Shown: piece after piece, positions 17,798 through 26,957 of the stretch
Position numbering within the stretch: the first letter of the stretch is position 1
Layout of the letters: each line of letters begins with the position of its first letter
Assembly (NCBI GenBank): GCA_038239005.1
Contig: JBBSFE010000015.1
Location: 3,154 to 67,153 of the forward strand
Direction of reading: 5' to 3'
Source of the DNA: Polyangiales bacterium
GTDB taxonomy: Bacteria; Myxococcota_A; Polyangia; Polyangiales; Polyangiaceae
Length of the DNA stretch: 64,000 nucleotides
The notes under the pieces: generated by a model
What the model saw: the letters and a program-made list of their open reading frames with translations, nothing else
The model's database searches: none
Told to the model about the DNA's origin: nothing
Made by a program: the position numbers and the translations under genes

Positions 17798-19315
17798 TCA
17801 GCGCGGTCCCGGCGGGGGCGGCGGTTGACTGTCATTCTGAATGCAAGACGAGAGATCGAACAGCAAGAACTCGAGCGCCTTCTCTTGCGCGGTCAGCCCG
17901 GTCTTTTGGACGCAGTTGGCCGGGAAGGTCCCGCCGGGGTTGTTGCCCGACGCGACGTGCAAATCGGAGAAGACGACCTTGCCGCACTGCTGCCCACCAT
18001 CGGGCACGCCACCTTCGAAGACCGGCGTGTTGAACGAGTAGTATTCGGTGAGCTTCGGATTGCCTGCGGTTGGCGTTCCGGGATCCGAGTAGACCCAGCG
18101 AGTCGATTCGGGATCCGTTGGCGGAGTTTGGTTGACGCTATCGACGTCGTGGCGCGCCGCCGACACTGTGAATGTGCCGAGCACGCTGGAGCCGCCGTTG
18201 TTGAGCATCCATTGGGCGAACGCAGCGCCCTTCGCGAACGTCTGATCGATGAGGAGCGGCCAGTTCGCTTGGTTCGTCGGATCGCCTCCGTGATTCCACG
18301 TCGCGGTTCCCGGCCAAGGCGCGGGGCTGCTCTCGATCCAGTAGTAGTGATAGTGCGTTCCGAACACGCGACCGCCGACGTTGGCGTAGTCCTGCATCGC
18401 TTGGAGCGCCGGAAGAGGCTTCTCCACGGGGTAAGTGTTGCCTTCACACCCGAGCATGACCATGTCGTAATCTTTGAGCGGCGCGGTGCCCGCAGAGCCG
18501 TTGTTCGCCCAGAAATTCGTGGCCGAGGGAATGCCGCCGCTCATCGTCGAGCCGCCGGTGCCTTGATAGAGGTTCACGCGACCGCCGCCCGAGATGTTCG
18601 TGAATTGCCCAGGGTCGATGCCGATCTTCAGCGGCAAGCACTCGAGGGCATCAGCGCCGCCCGTCGTGAGCGCGATGTACGGGATGTCATCATCGGGAGA
18701 CGTCTCGTTCGGTTTCGTCGCGAGGCGTGTTTGTGTTTTGTCGGCGAGGGCGTTGTCGACGCAGGAGCTCACCGTCGGAATCGTGATGCGGCGGCGCCAT
18801 TTGCCGACTTGCATCACGAGGGGAACGTTCGAGTCGACCGGCACGTTTTCGAGAACGAAATGACCGGCTGCGTCCGTGAGAGTCGACACGAGTGGATCGC
18901 CCGAGAGCGTCGAGCCGCACTGGTCGCACGTAGCGCCGTGCGTGATCGGCGAGAGCGGCGCGTTCGGGACGTAAACGGCGACGTTGTAGAGAGGGACCTG
19001 ATCGGCGGGATCGTAGACCGTGCCGCTGAGCGTGGTCGTGACCTTGCCGCCGTCCGTGCTCGGGCAACTGACCTGCTTCAAACAAAGGTTCGTGCAGGGC
19101 TTGGCGTCGGCGCTCGAGTCGAACGTGCAGAACGGGCCCGTGCAGCCGCCGTCGTTGCCAGCGTCGAATGCGCCGTCACCGTTGTTGTTATTGCCATCGT
19201 CCCCAGAGCTGCCGTCGAAAACGGCATAAGGGTTGTCGTCCCCTCCGCACGCGCTAAAGGCGGCCCCAGCGCCACCGAGTGCAAGAGCGAACCAACCAAG
19301 CTTACGCATCGACAA
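17798..19315 (-). CDS. secreted lipoprotein with a carboxypeptidase-regulatory-like domain plus a conserved C-terminal domain (paralog B)
   Basis: 505 aa with a signal/lipobox (ALALGGAGAAFSAC) and an AAGGAGG Shine-Dalgarno upstream. It is collinear with paralog A and shares the same motifs (YDMVMLGCEG, RVFGTHYHYYWIE, CGKVVFSDLHV). Confidence 0.85.
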   Translation of the reverse strand: MSMRKLGWFALALGGAGAAFSACGGDDNPYAVFDGSSGDDGNNNNGDGAFDAGNDGGCTGPFCTFDSSADAKPCTNLCLKQVSCPSTDGGKVTTTLSGTVYDPADQVPLYNVAVYVPNAPLSPITHGATCDQCGSTLSGDPLVSTLTDAAGHFVLENVPVDSNVPLVMQVGKWRRRITIPTVSSCVDNALADKTQTRLATKPNETSPDDDIPYIALTTGGADALECLPLKIGIDPGQFTNISGGGRVNLYQGTGGSTMSGGIPSATNFWANNGSAGTAPLKDYDMVMLGCEGNTYPVEKPLPALQAMQDYANVGGRVFGTHYHYYWIESSPAPWPGTATWNHGGDPTNQANWPLLIDQTFAKGAAFAQWMLNNGGSSVLGTFTVSAARHDVDSVNQTPPTDPESTRWVYSDPGTPTAGNPKLTEYYSFNTPVFEGGVPDGGQQCGKVVFSDLHVASGNNPGGTFPANCVQKTGLTAQEKALEFLLFDLSSCIQNDSQPPPPPGPR

Positions 19316-19442
19316 GCCTCCTTAACAAAATTGGACCTACAATAAAACTTTACATGGTCCTTGGAATCGATCCAACTGATTCGCCCAGGAAAATCGAAAT
19401 GTGTAGTGGCGTTTGTTCCGATGTAGGTGAGCGGAAGCACCC

Positions 19443-20510
19443 GTGACAGAATCCACCTCAACTCCAATGGCGACCGGCGAGTCGATCCGTCTCGAAAAGC
19501 GTTTTTTGCGGGCTTGCCGGCGGCAGCCCGTGGATGCCACGCCGATCTGGTTGATGCGCCAAGCCGGCCGCTACATGGCCGAATACCGGGCGCTTCGTGA
19601 GAAGCACACACTTCTCGAGCTTTGCAAAACGCCGGAGCTCGCGACTCAAGTTACCCTCCAACCGTTACGGCTCGGTGTCGATGCGGCGATACTCTTCGCC
19701 GACATTCTTTTGCCGCTCGAGCCGATGGGGGCGCCGTTCGAGTTCGCCAAGGGCGAGGGGCCCGTCGTCCACGATCCGATTCGCACACGCGCGCAGATCG
19801 ACGCGCTTCGTGTCATCGAGCCAGAAGACGGGCTCGGTTACGTGCTCGCGGCCATCAAGATGATTCGCGGCGAGCTCGCGGGTCGCGTGCCACTGATTGG
19901 TTTTGCTGGCGCGCCGTTCACGCTCGCGAGTTATTTGATCGAGGGTGGCAAGAGCGCGCACTTCGCGAAGACGAAGAAGATGATGTACGCGGAGCCCGAC
20001 GCCTGGAACGCGCTGATGGGCAAGCTCGCCGAGGTCGTGCGCCGATATTTACGCGCACAAGTCGCGGCGGGCGCGGAGTGCGTGCAGCTTTTCGATTCGT
20101 GGATCGGCCAGCTCTCGCGCGAGGACTACGTCGAGTACGTGCAGCCACACGTCGCGCACGTGCTCAAAGATTTGACGGACGTTCCCGTGATTCATTTCGG
20201 AACGGGCACGCAAGGTCTCCTCGATTTGCAGCGCGACGCCGGGGGCGACGTCATCGGTCTCGATTGGCGAACGCCCTTCAATGAAGGTTGGGATCGCATT
20301 GGTCCGAATCACGCGGTGCAAGGCAACCTCGATCCGACGGTGCTCTTCGGGCCGGTCGACGTCGTGAAGAAGCACGCCGCGCGCATTTTGGATGCGGCGG
20401 CCGGGCGCGACGGGCACATCTTCAATCTCGGTCACGGCATCTTGCCCGAGACGCCCGTCGATACAGTGAAGGCGCTCGTCGACTTCGTGCACGAACGCTC
20501 CGCGCGATGA
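19443..20510 (+). CDS. hemE: uroporphyrinogen decarboxylase
   Basis: Conserved PIWLMRQAGRYMAEYR and full-length collinearity with HemE. GTG 19443 or ATG 19467 could be the start. Confidence 0.9.
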   Translation: MTESTSTPMATGESIRLEKRFLRACRRQPVDATPIWLMRQAGRYMAEYRALREKHTLLELCKTPELATQVTLQPLRLGVDAAILFADILLPLEPMGAPFEFAKGEGPVVHDPIRTRAQIDALRVIEPEDGLGYVLAAIKMIRGELAGRVPLIGFAGAPFTLASYLIEGGKSAHFAKTKKMMYAEPDAWNALMGKLAEVVRRYLRAQVAAGAECVQLFDSWIGQLSREDYVEYVQPHVAHVLKDLTDVPVIHFGTGTQGLLDLQRDAGGDVIGLDWRTPFNEGWDRIGPNHAVQGNLDPTVLFGPVDVVKKHAARILDAAAGRDGHIFNLGHGILPETPVDTVKALVDFVHERSAR

Positions 20511-21343
20511 AGCAGGGCGTCGTCCTCGTGCACCACGGGACGGTCGAGGATCTCGATGACATGCCCGCGTTCTTGAAGAACGTCCGGCGCGGCCGCGACG
20601 CATCGCCGGAGCTCCAGCGCGAAATGCGACGGCGATACGAAGAAATAGGCGGATCGCCACTCGGGAAGATCACGGCGCGTGTCGCGAAAAAACTCGAGAG
20701 CGTGATCGGTACGCCCGTACGCGCCGCCGGGCGGTTGTGGCCACCGAGCGTGAAGGACGTTGCGAGCGAGCTCGGCGTGGAGCGGCTCGTCGTGATCCCG
20801 CTCGCGCAGCACTCGGCACGCGTCTACGCGGAAGCTGCGCGACGTGAAGCGGGAGTCCGAGTGGTCGCGGCCGGGAACTGGGGGCAGACGCCAGCGCTCC
20901 TCGCCGCGTTTGCAGCGCGCATTCGCGCGGCTGCTCGACCCAACGCAACGCTCGTGCTCACGGCGCACTCGCTACCGAAGCACGTGATCGCTGCAGGCGA
21001 CGCCTACGAACGCGAAGTCCGTGTGAGCGCCGAAGCGATCGCTTCGCGCGTCGCCGACTTGTTTCCAGAAACGCGCGTGGCGTTTCAAAGTCAGGGCGCC
21101 GATGGGGGCGACTGGCTCGGACCGACGCTCGTGGAGACGCTCGATGCGATCAAGACGCCGCGCGTCGTGATTGCGCCGATTGGGTTTCTCGCGGACCACG
21201 TCGAGATCCTTTACGACATCGACATCGAAGCGGCGGCGCTCGCAACGGCGCGCGGTATCGAGCTCACGCGAACGGAGTCGCTGAACGACGCCGACGATTT
21301 CGTCGCCGTGCTCGCCGACATCGCGAAAGGGCTGCTCGCGTGA
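20507..21343 (+). CDS. hemH: ferrochelatase
   Basis: The real start MKQGVVLVHHGT... overlaps the hemE stop (ATGA). The motif IGFLADHVEILYDID is typical of ferrochelatase. The upstream part of track ORF 20288..21343 is an artefact. Confidence 0.9.
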   Translation: MKQGVVLVHHGTVEDLDDMPAFLKNVRRGRDASPELQREMRRRYEEIGGSPLGKITARVAKKLESVIGTPVRAAGRLWPPSVKDVASELGVERLVVIPLAQHSARVYAEAARREAGVRVVAAGNWGQTPALLAAFAARIRAAARPNATLVLTAHSLPKHVIAAGDAYEREVRVSAEAIASRVADLFPETRVAFQSQGADGGDWLGPTLVETLDAIKTPRVVIAPIGFLADHVEILYDIDIEAAALATARGIELTRTESLNDADDFVAVLADIAKGLLA

Positions 21344-22668
21344 AACGCATCATCGTCGTCGGCGGCGGGATGACCGGGCTCGCATGTGCGTGGGCGCTTC
21401 GCGGTCGCGCGGACGTCACGGTGCTCGAAGCGAGCGATCGCATCGGCGGCAACGTGCTCACCGTGAACGAAGGCGGCTTCGTGATGGACGCCGGCCCCGA
21501 TGGCTGGCTCACCTCGAAGCCCGCGGCGGGCGAGCTCGCGCGCGAGGTGGGTCTCGAAGGAGAAACGGTCGAAACGCTGCGCGAAAATCGACGCGTGTAT
21601 ATTGCACATGAGTCGCGTTTGTTCCCGATTCCCGAGGGAATGGTGCTCGGCATCCCGACGCGCATCGCGCCGATGGTAACGACGCGCCTCTTCTCGATGC
21701 GCGGAAAGCTGCGTATGGGACTCGAGCCCTTCATCCCGCGCCGCCGTAGCGACGAAGACGAATCGGTCGTCGACTTCGTCACGCGCCGCCTCGGTCGCGA
21801 AGCGAGTGACCGTCTCGCGGCCCCGCTCCTCGGCGGCGTGTTTGCAGGCGATGCGAGCGAGCTCTCGGTGCAAGCGGCGTTTCCGCAGCTCGCTCAGGCC
21901 GAGAAAAGATATGGCTCACTCGTTCGGGCGATGCGGGCGACGCGCCGAGGCGCGACCGGCTCCGCATTCACGTCGCTCGCCCGCGGCATGGGCTCGTTTC
22001 CGGAAGCGCTCGCGCGCGGTCTCGACGTCGCCACGAGCACGCGTGTCGAACGAATTTCGAGCGGCCCGAAGCTCGAGGTTGTGACGTCGTCGGGCGCGCT
22101 GTCCTGCGACGCACTCGTGCTCGCCGTGGGTCCGCGCGCCGCGCAAAAGCTTTTGGCCGACGTCGATCGCGATGCATCCGCAATCGTCGGCGACATCGCA
22201 TGTGGCTCCTCGGCCGCGATCTTCTTGGGCTACCGCCGCGCGGACGTCGCACACCCACTCGACGCCACTGGCTTCGTCGTGGCGCGCGAACCGAATCGCA
22301 AGCTCGTCGCGTGCACGTTCGTATCGAGCAAGTGGCCGAGCCGCGCTCCTGCCGACCACGTTCTCCTTCGCGCATTCATCAGCGGCGCAAACTTCGGCGC
22401 CGACGACGCAAGCCTCATCGCCACCGCCCGCACCGAGCTCGGGGCACTCCTCGGCCACCTCGGCGATCCGGTCCTCACGCGCGTCTTCCGCCACACGAGC
22501 GCAAGCCCCCAACCCACAGTGGGCCATCTCGACCGCATGGCGATGCTGACCCGCCGCCTCGCGATCACCCCCAACCTCCACATCATCGGCAACGGCTACG
22601 CCGGCACGGGCATCCCCGACTGCATCTCTCAGGCTCTCACTCTCGCAACGCGACTCACCGCCGGGTAA
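21340..22668 (+). CDS. hemY: FAD-dependent protoporphyrinogen/coproporphyrinogen oxidase (HemY type)
   Basis: 442 aa with the N-terminal dinucleotide fold IIVVGGGMTGLACAW. The GTG start overlaps the hemH stop, and the gene sits in a hemE-hemH context. Confidence 0.85.
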   Translation: MKRIIVVGGGMTGLACAWALRGRADVTVLEASDRIGGNVLTVNEGGFVMDAGPDGWLTSKPAAGELAREVGLEGETVETLRENRRVYIAHESRLFPIPEGMVLGIPTRIAPMVTTRLFSMRGKLRMGLEPFIPRRRSDEDESVVDFVTRRLGREASDRLAAPLLGGVFAGDASELSVQAAFPQLAQAEKRYGSLVRAMRATRRGATGSAFTSLARGMGSFPEALARGLDVATSTRVERISSGPKLEVVTSSGALSCDALVLAVGPRAAQKLLADVDRDASAIVGDIACGSSAAIFLGYRRADVAHPLDATGFVVAREPNRKLVACTFVSSKWPSRAPADHVLLRAFISGANFGADDASLIATARTELGALLGHLGDPVLTRVFRHTSASPQPTVGHLDRMAMLTRRLAITPNLHIIGNGYAGTGIPDCISQALTLATRLTAG

Positions 22669-22684
22669 GTCGCGCGGATGGGGG

Positions 22685-24391
22685 TCAGAATTCGGCTGGG
22701 TCCGTGTAGGTGCCCATCGTGTCGCGCAGGACGTCGCAGATTTCTTGCTGCGTGCAGTACGCTTTTGCCGCTTCGATGATCGGGGGCATGAGGTTCGTGC
22801 CCGAGGTCGATGCGATGCGGACGGCCGCGAGGCACGCGGTGACTTTTGCGGCGTCGCGCTCGGCCTTTGTTTTGGCGAGGTTAGCGATTTGTTGTTTTTG
22901 GACGGCGTCGTCGATGCGGAGCATGGGGATGTTCGGGCCGCTCGAGTCGGAGACGTATTTGTTCACGCCGACCATCACGCGCACGCCCGTTTCGAGTTGG
23001 CGTTGGAAGTGGTACGCGCTCGCGGCAATTTCGCGCTGCGGGTAGCCTTTTTCGATCGCGCTGACCATGCCGCCCATTTCGTCGATACGACGAATGTACG
23101 TGAGCGCCTCGGCCTCCATGCGGTTCGTGAGGTCTTCGATGAAGTAGCTGCCGCCGAGCGGATCGATCGTTGCGGCGACGCCGCTTTCTTCGGCGATGAT
23201 CTGTTGCGTGCGAAGCGCGATCGTCACGGCCTCTTCGGTCGGTAGCGCGTAGGTTTCGTCGAGCGAGTTCGTGTGGAGCGACTGCGTGCCGCCGAGCACA
23301 GCCGCGAGCGCTTGGAGCGCGACACGCGCGATGTTGTTTTGCGGCTGCTGCGCCGTGAGCGAGACGCCCGCGGTTTGCGCGTGCGTGCGGAGCTTCATCG
23401 ACTCGGCTTTTTTCGCGCCGAAACGATCTTTCATCAAACGCGCCCACACGCGGCGTGCCGCGCGAAACTTTGCGATCTCTTCGAAGAAGTCATTGTGGAC
23501 GTCGAAGAAGAACGAGAGCCGCGGCGCAAACGCGTCGACGTCGAGCCCGCGCTCGAGGCAGCTCTCGACGTAACCGACGCCGTCGGCGAGGGTGAATGCG
23601 AGCTCTTGGGCGGCCGTCGCTCCGGCTTCGCGGATGTGATAGCCGCTGATCGAGACAGTGTTCCACTTCGGCACTTCGGTCGAGCAGAACTCGATCATGT
23701 CCGTGACGATGCGCATCGCCGGCCGCGGAGGCACGAGCCACGCGTGCTGCGCGATGAACTCTTTCAAACAATCGTTTTGAACGGTGCCACCGATCGCCGT
23801 GCGAGGGATCCCGCGGACGTCGGCGAGGGCAATGTAGAACGCGAGGAGAACGATTGCGGGCCCGTTGATCGTCATCGACGTGGTGATCTTCTCGAGCGGG
23901 ATGGCGTCGTAGAGGATCTGCATGTCGCGGAGCGTGTCGACGGCGACGCCGCACATCCCGACCTCACCGAGCGAGCGCGGTGAGTCGGAGTCGTAACCCA
24001 TGAGCGTGGGAAAATCGAAAGCGGTAGAGAGGCCCGTCTGGCCGTGCTCGAGCAAATATTTGAACCGCGTGTTCGTTTGCTCGGGCGTGCCGAACCCCGC
24101 GAACATGCGCATCGTCCAGAGGCGACCGCGATACATGTTCGGTTGCACGCCGCGGGTGAACGGAAACTCTCCGGGGAAACCGAGATCGCGCATGTAGTCG
24201 ATGTTGGCGTCGCTCGGCACGAGCATGTCGGTGATGTCGGCGTCGCTCCAAGTCGAAAAGCGCTCGAGGCGCGGCTTCATCTTCGCTTCGGACTTCGCGA
24301 GCGTGCCTTTTTTCCACGCTTCTTTCGCGGTGCGAATGGCGTCCAGATCCGGCGGCATGTCACCGCTGACGTCGAAGGCCTGCATAGTCAT
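22685..24391 (-). CDS. methylmalonyl-CoA mutase family protein, catalytic (large, N-terminal) domain only
   Basis: [26 protein letters not shown] and a collinear TIM-barrel region. It ends before any B12-binding domain. I prefer the start MTMQAFDV at 24391 over the track start. Confidence 0.85.
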   Translation of the reverse strand: MTMQAFDVSGDMPPDLDAIRTAKEAWKKGTLAKSEAKMKPRLERFSTWSDADITDMLVPSDANIDYMRDLGFPGEFPFTRGVQPNMYRGRLWTMRMFAGFGTPEQTNTRFKYLLEHGQTGLSTAFDFPTLMGYDSDSPRSLGEVGMCGVAVDTLRDMQILYDAIPLEKITTSMTINGPAIVLLAFYIALADVRGIPRTAIGGTVQNDCLKEFIAQHAWLVPPRPAMRIVTDMIEFCSTEVPKWNTVSISGYHIREAGATAAQELAFTLADGVGYVESCLERGLDVDAFAPRLSFFFDVHNDFFEEIAKFRAARRVWARLMKDRFGAKKAESMKLRTHAQTAGVSLTAQQPQNNIARVALQALAAVLGGTQSLHTNSLDETYALPTEEAVTIALRTQQIIAEESGVAATIDPLGGSYFIEDLTNRMEAEALTYIRRIDEMGGMVSAIEKGYPQREIAASAYHFQRQLETGVRVMVGVNKYVSDSSGPNIPMLRIDDAVQKQQIANLAKTKAERDAAKVTACLAAVRIASTSGTNLMPPIIEAAKAYCTQQEICDVLRDTMGTYTDPAEF

Positions 24392-24494
24392 CAATCTACC
24401 ATCCAGGTATTGGCGGAGCCAAACCCATCCACTTTTGGCGACGCGCCCGCAGTTGGGCTTCACGTTCTGATCGTGCTAGAGCCTCCGCCGGCTC

Positions 24495-25190
24495 ATGCTG
24501 AAACCCATCTTTGCGGTCCTCGGATCGTTTTGCGTCTACACGATGGCGGCCCTCGGTTACGCGGGCATCGCGCTACTCATGGCCATCGAGAGCGCGTGCA
24601 TTCCGCTCCCGAGCGAGCTCATCATGCCGTACGCCGGAGCGATGTCTCACGCGGGCGTGCGTGAAGCGCTCGCGGCTCAATACGGCGTCTCGCTCAGCGC
24701 GTTCAACTTGGTCCTCGCGGCTGTCGCGGGCGCGATCGGGTGCAACATCGGAAGCGAAGTCGCGTACTGGGTCGGCGCAACCGGTGGGCGCCGCGCGATT
24801 GAGCGTTACGGTCGCTACGTTCTCGTCAGCAAACACGAGCTCGAAATCGCCGACCGTTGGTTTCAGAAACGCGGCGACATCATCATCCTCGTCGCGCGCC
24901 TCTTGCCGGTCATCCGCACGTTCATCGCGTTCCCCGCGGGCGTCGCGCGAATGAACCGCGTGAAGTTCCACGTCTACACGTTCGTCGGCTCGTTCCCGTG
25001 GTGCCTCGGCCTCGCGTGGGTCGGAAAGTATCTCGGCCAAGAGCTCCTCAAAGAGAGCTCGCCGCTCAAGCACTTCATGCACCGCTTCGATGCGGTCATC
25101 GGCGTCGCGATCATCGTCGCAGCCGTGCTCTTCATTCGCTCGCGCATCAAGACGATGCGCGCCTATCGCGCAGAAGAAGCTAAGAATTGA
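24495..25190 (+). CDS. DedA-family membrane protein
   Basis: 231 aa with typical DedA segments (LLMAIESACIPLPSELIMPYAG; RLLPVIRTFIAFPAGVARM). Confidence 0.85.
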   Translation: MLKPIFAVLGSFCVYTMAALGYAGIALLMAIESACIPLPSELIMPYAGAMSHAGVREALAAQYGVSLSAFNLVLAAVAGAIGCNIGSEVAYWVGATGGRRAIERYGRYVLVSKHELEIADRWFQKRGDIIILVARLLPVIRTFIAFPAGVARMNRVKFHVYTFVGSFPWCLGLAWVGKYLGQELLKESSPLKHFMHRFDAVIGVAIIVAAVLFIRSRIKTMRAYRAEEAKN

Positions 25191-25217
25191 GGCTCGCGGA
25201 GAGCGGGAGCGGGAGGC

Positions 25218-26249
25218 TCAGCTCTTCTCGGGCTTCTTCAGCTTCGCGAGCTCTTTCGAGATATCGAGGGCGGGCATCGTCGGCTCTTCGCCGATGTCTG
25301 ATTGCGGCTTGCGGAGATCGATCGCGGGAAGGGTGGGGTCTTCCGCGAAGTCGGTCTTCTTTTCGGGCGGAAGCGTGGAGCCGGGAGGCGGAACTTCGGT
25401 CGGTGCGTTGACAGAGCGTTGCGACATGACGGCCGCGGCGTCGTCGATGGCCTTCGCGCGGCCGGTCGACTCGAGGGTGTCTTCTTCGATCGTGATGACG
25501 ACGGCCGTGATGTTGTCTTCGCCGCCGCGCTCGTTGGCGCGTTGGATGAGCTTCTGCGGAACTTCGTGCATCCCGCCCGCGGAGGCGTGGCCGATGATGT
25601 CGAGGATCTCTTCGTCGGTGACCATGCCGGAGAGGCCGTCGGAGCAGAGCACGTAGACGTCGCCGGGTTGGCTGCTGTCGTGCTGCAAATCGACCGCGAC
25701 TTGATCCTGCATGCCGAGAGCGCGCGTGATGACGTTCTTGGGAAGCTCTTTGCGTTGCTCTTCGGTGAGGTCGGGCATCGCGAGGAGGTAGTCGTTGAAG
25801 AGCGAGTGATCGCGCGTGAGCTGTTGGATTTGCCCGCCGCGAATGCGGTAGCAGCGCGAGTCACCGACGTGACCGATGTACATCGTGTGCTTGCGCGGTG
25901 AGAACATCGCGCCGACGACGGTGGTGCCCATGCCGTGGTACTCGCGCGAGCGCGTGCTGCGTTCGAAGATCTGACGGTTCGCGACGCGGATGCCAGTGAG
26001 CAAACGATTTTCTTCTTCGCTCAAGTTGGCGTCGAAGTGGAACGGCCAGGTCACGTCGTCGTTGGCGGTCGATCGGAAAAACTCCGAGATGGTCTCGGTC
26101 GCGAGCTTGCTCGCAACGTCTCCTGCGCGGTGCCCGCCCATTCCATCGGCCACGACGAAAAGGTCGTACTCCTTGAGCACGACAAACGAGTCCTCATTGT
26201 GCTCTCGCTGGAGCCCAACATCCGTCAGACCCCAGGCGACTGCCCGCAT
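25218..26249 (-). CDS. PP2C-family Ser/Thr protein phosphatase with a C-terminal low-complexity tail
   Basis: Motifs NEDSF, VADGMGGHRAGDVAS, LCSDGL and GGEDNITAVV are present. I prefer ATG at 26249 (MRAVAWGLTDVG) over TTG 26270. Confidence 0.9.
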   Translation of the reverse strand: MRAVAWGLTDVGLQREHNEDSFVVLKEYDLFVVADGMGGHRAGDVASKLATETISEFFRSTANDDVTWPFHFDANLSEEENRLLTGIRVANRQIFERSTRSREYHGMGTTVVGAMFSPRKHTMYIGHVGDSRCYRIRGGQIQQLTRDHSLFNDYLLAMPDLTEEQRKELPKNVITRALGMQDQVAVDLQHDSSQPGDVYVLCSDGLSGMVTDEEILDIIGHASAGGMHEVPQKLIQRANERGGEDNITAVVITIEEDTLESTGRAKAIDDAAAVMSQRSVNAPTEVPPPGSTLPPEKKTDFAEDPTLPAIDLRKPQSDIGEEPTMPALDISKELAKLKKPEKS

Positions 26250-26313
26250 CAACGGCGTAGCTCCAAGCAAAAAATCATTTCACCGGCGCAGATGGGTGTC
26301 AAGCGGCGCGACA

Positions 26314-26877
26314 TCACACTTCCATGATGTCTTTTTCTTTGTTCGCCACGATCGCATCGACCTGTTTCGTGGCGTCACCGATCGAGTCTTCGGCACGTTT
26401 TTTTCCTCGATCAACCTCGTCCGCGCTGGCCTCGCCCTCGGTTTCGATGCTGCTCAGCATGTCGAGCGCATCGTGGCGTGCCTTGCGAATCGAGACCTTG
26501 CACTCTTCACCGTATTTTTTGGCGATCTTCACGAACTCCTTGCGACGCTCTTCGGTCAGTGGCGGAAGCGGAATGCGAACGATGTCGCCGTCAGCTTGAG
26601 GGTTGAGGCCGAGATCGCTCTCGCGGAGAGCTTTTTCGACCGCTTTGATTTGGGTCTTGTCCCACGGTTTGACGGTGATGAGGCGCGGCTCGGGGACGTT
26701 GACGTGGGCCATCTGCGCGAGCGGCGTGGGGGTGCCGTAATAGTCGACGCGGATGCCATTGAGGAGCTCGGGCGTCGCGCGGCCGGCGCGGAGCTTCGAT
26801 AGATCGCGCTTGAGCACGTCGTGCGCTTTCGCGACGGAGCCCAGAAGCTCCTTGTGAACATCGTCGATCATCGACAT
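26314..26877 (-). CDS. frr: ribosome recycling factor
   Basis: The C-terminal 187 aa of track ORF 26314..27408 match Frr end to end (MSMIDDVHKELLG...LNGIRVDYYGTPTPL...PLPPLTEERRKE...). Confidence 0.92.
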   Translation of the reverse strand: MSMIDDVHKELLGSVAKAHDVLKRDLSKLRAGRATPELLNGIRVDYYGTPTPLAQMAHVNVPEPRLITVKPWDKTQIKAVEKALRESDLGLNPQADGDIVRIPLPPLTEERRKEFVKIAKKYGEECKVSIRKARHDALDMLSSIETEGEASADEVDRGKKRAEDSIGDATKQVDAIVANKEKDIMEV

Positions 26878-26957
26878 CTCGAGGGAGAGGAGCCTAGAGC
26901 GGCTCGGCCACCTCGTCGAGCCAGAATTGCGCAGTCGGTGGTAACGTCGGCCGCCTC

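Noticed and set aside
17072-19345. Very long ORFs antisense to or overlapping real genes. Examples: 17072..19345 (757 aa), 26868..28628 (586 aa), 36607..38217 (536 aa), 60669..62426 (585 aa), 1636..3042, 11448..13016, 50603..51991, and the N-terminal extensions of 575..2233, 15555..16733, 26314..27408 and 54419..56128.
   Set aside because: They are extremely Arg/Ala/Gly-rich with no recognisable motifs. They lie opposite or out of frame to genes with clear family signatures. This is the expected stop-codon-poor artefact of high-GC DNA.
19443-22668. The hemE-hemH-hemY order taken as evidence for the Gram-positive-type coproporphyrin-dependent haem pathway.
   Set aside because: Gene order alone cannot separate a protoporphyrinogen oxidase from a coproporphyrinogen oxidase (CgoX), or PpfC from CpfC. 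No hemQ/chdC is in the window, and myxobacterial HemY has been characterised as a protoporphyrinogen oxidase. I treat this as an ordinary haem cluster.
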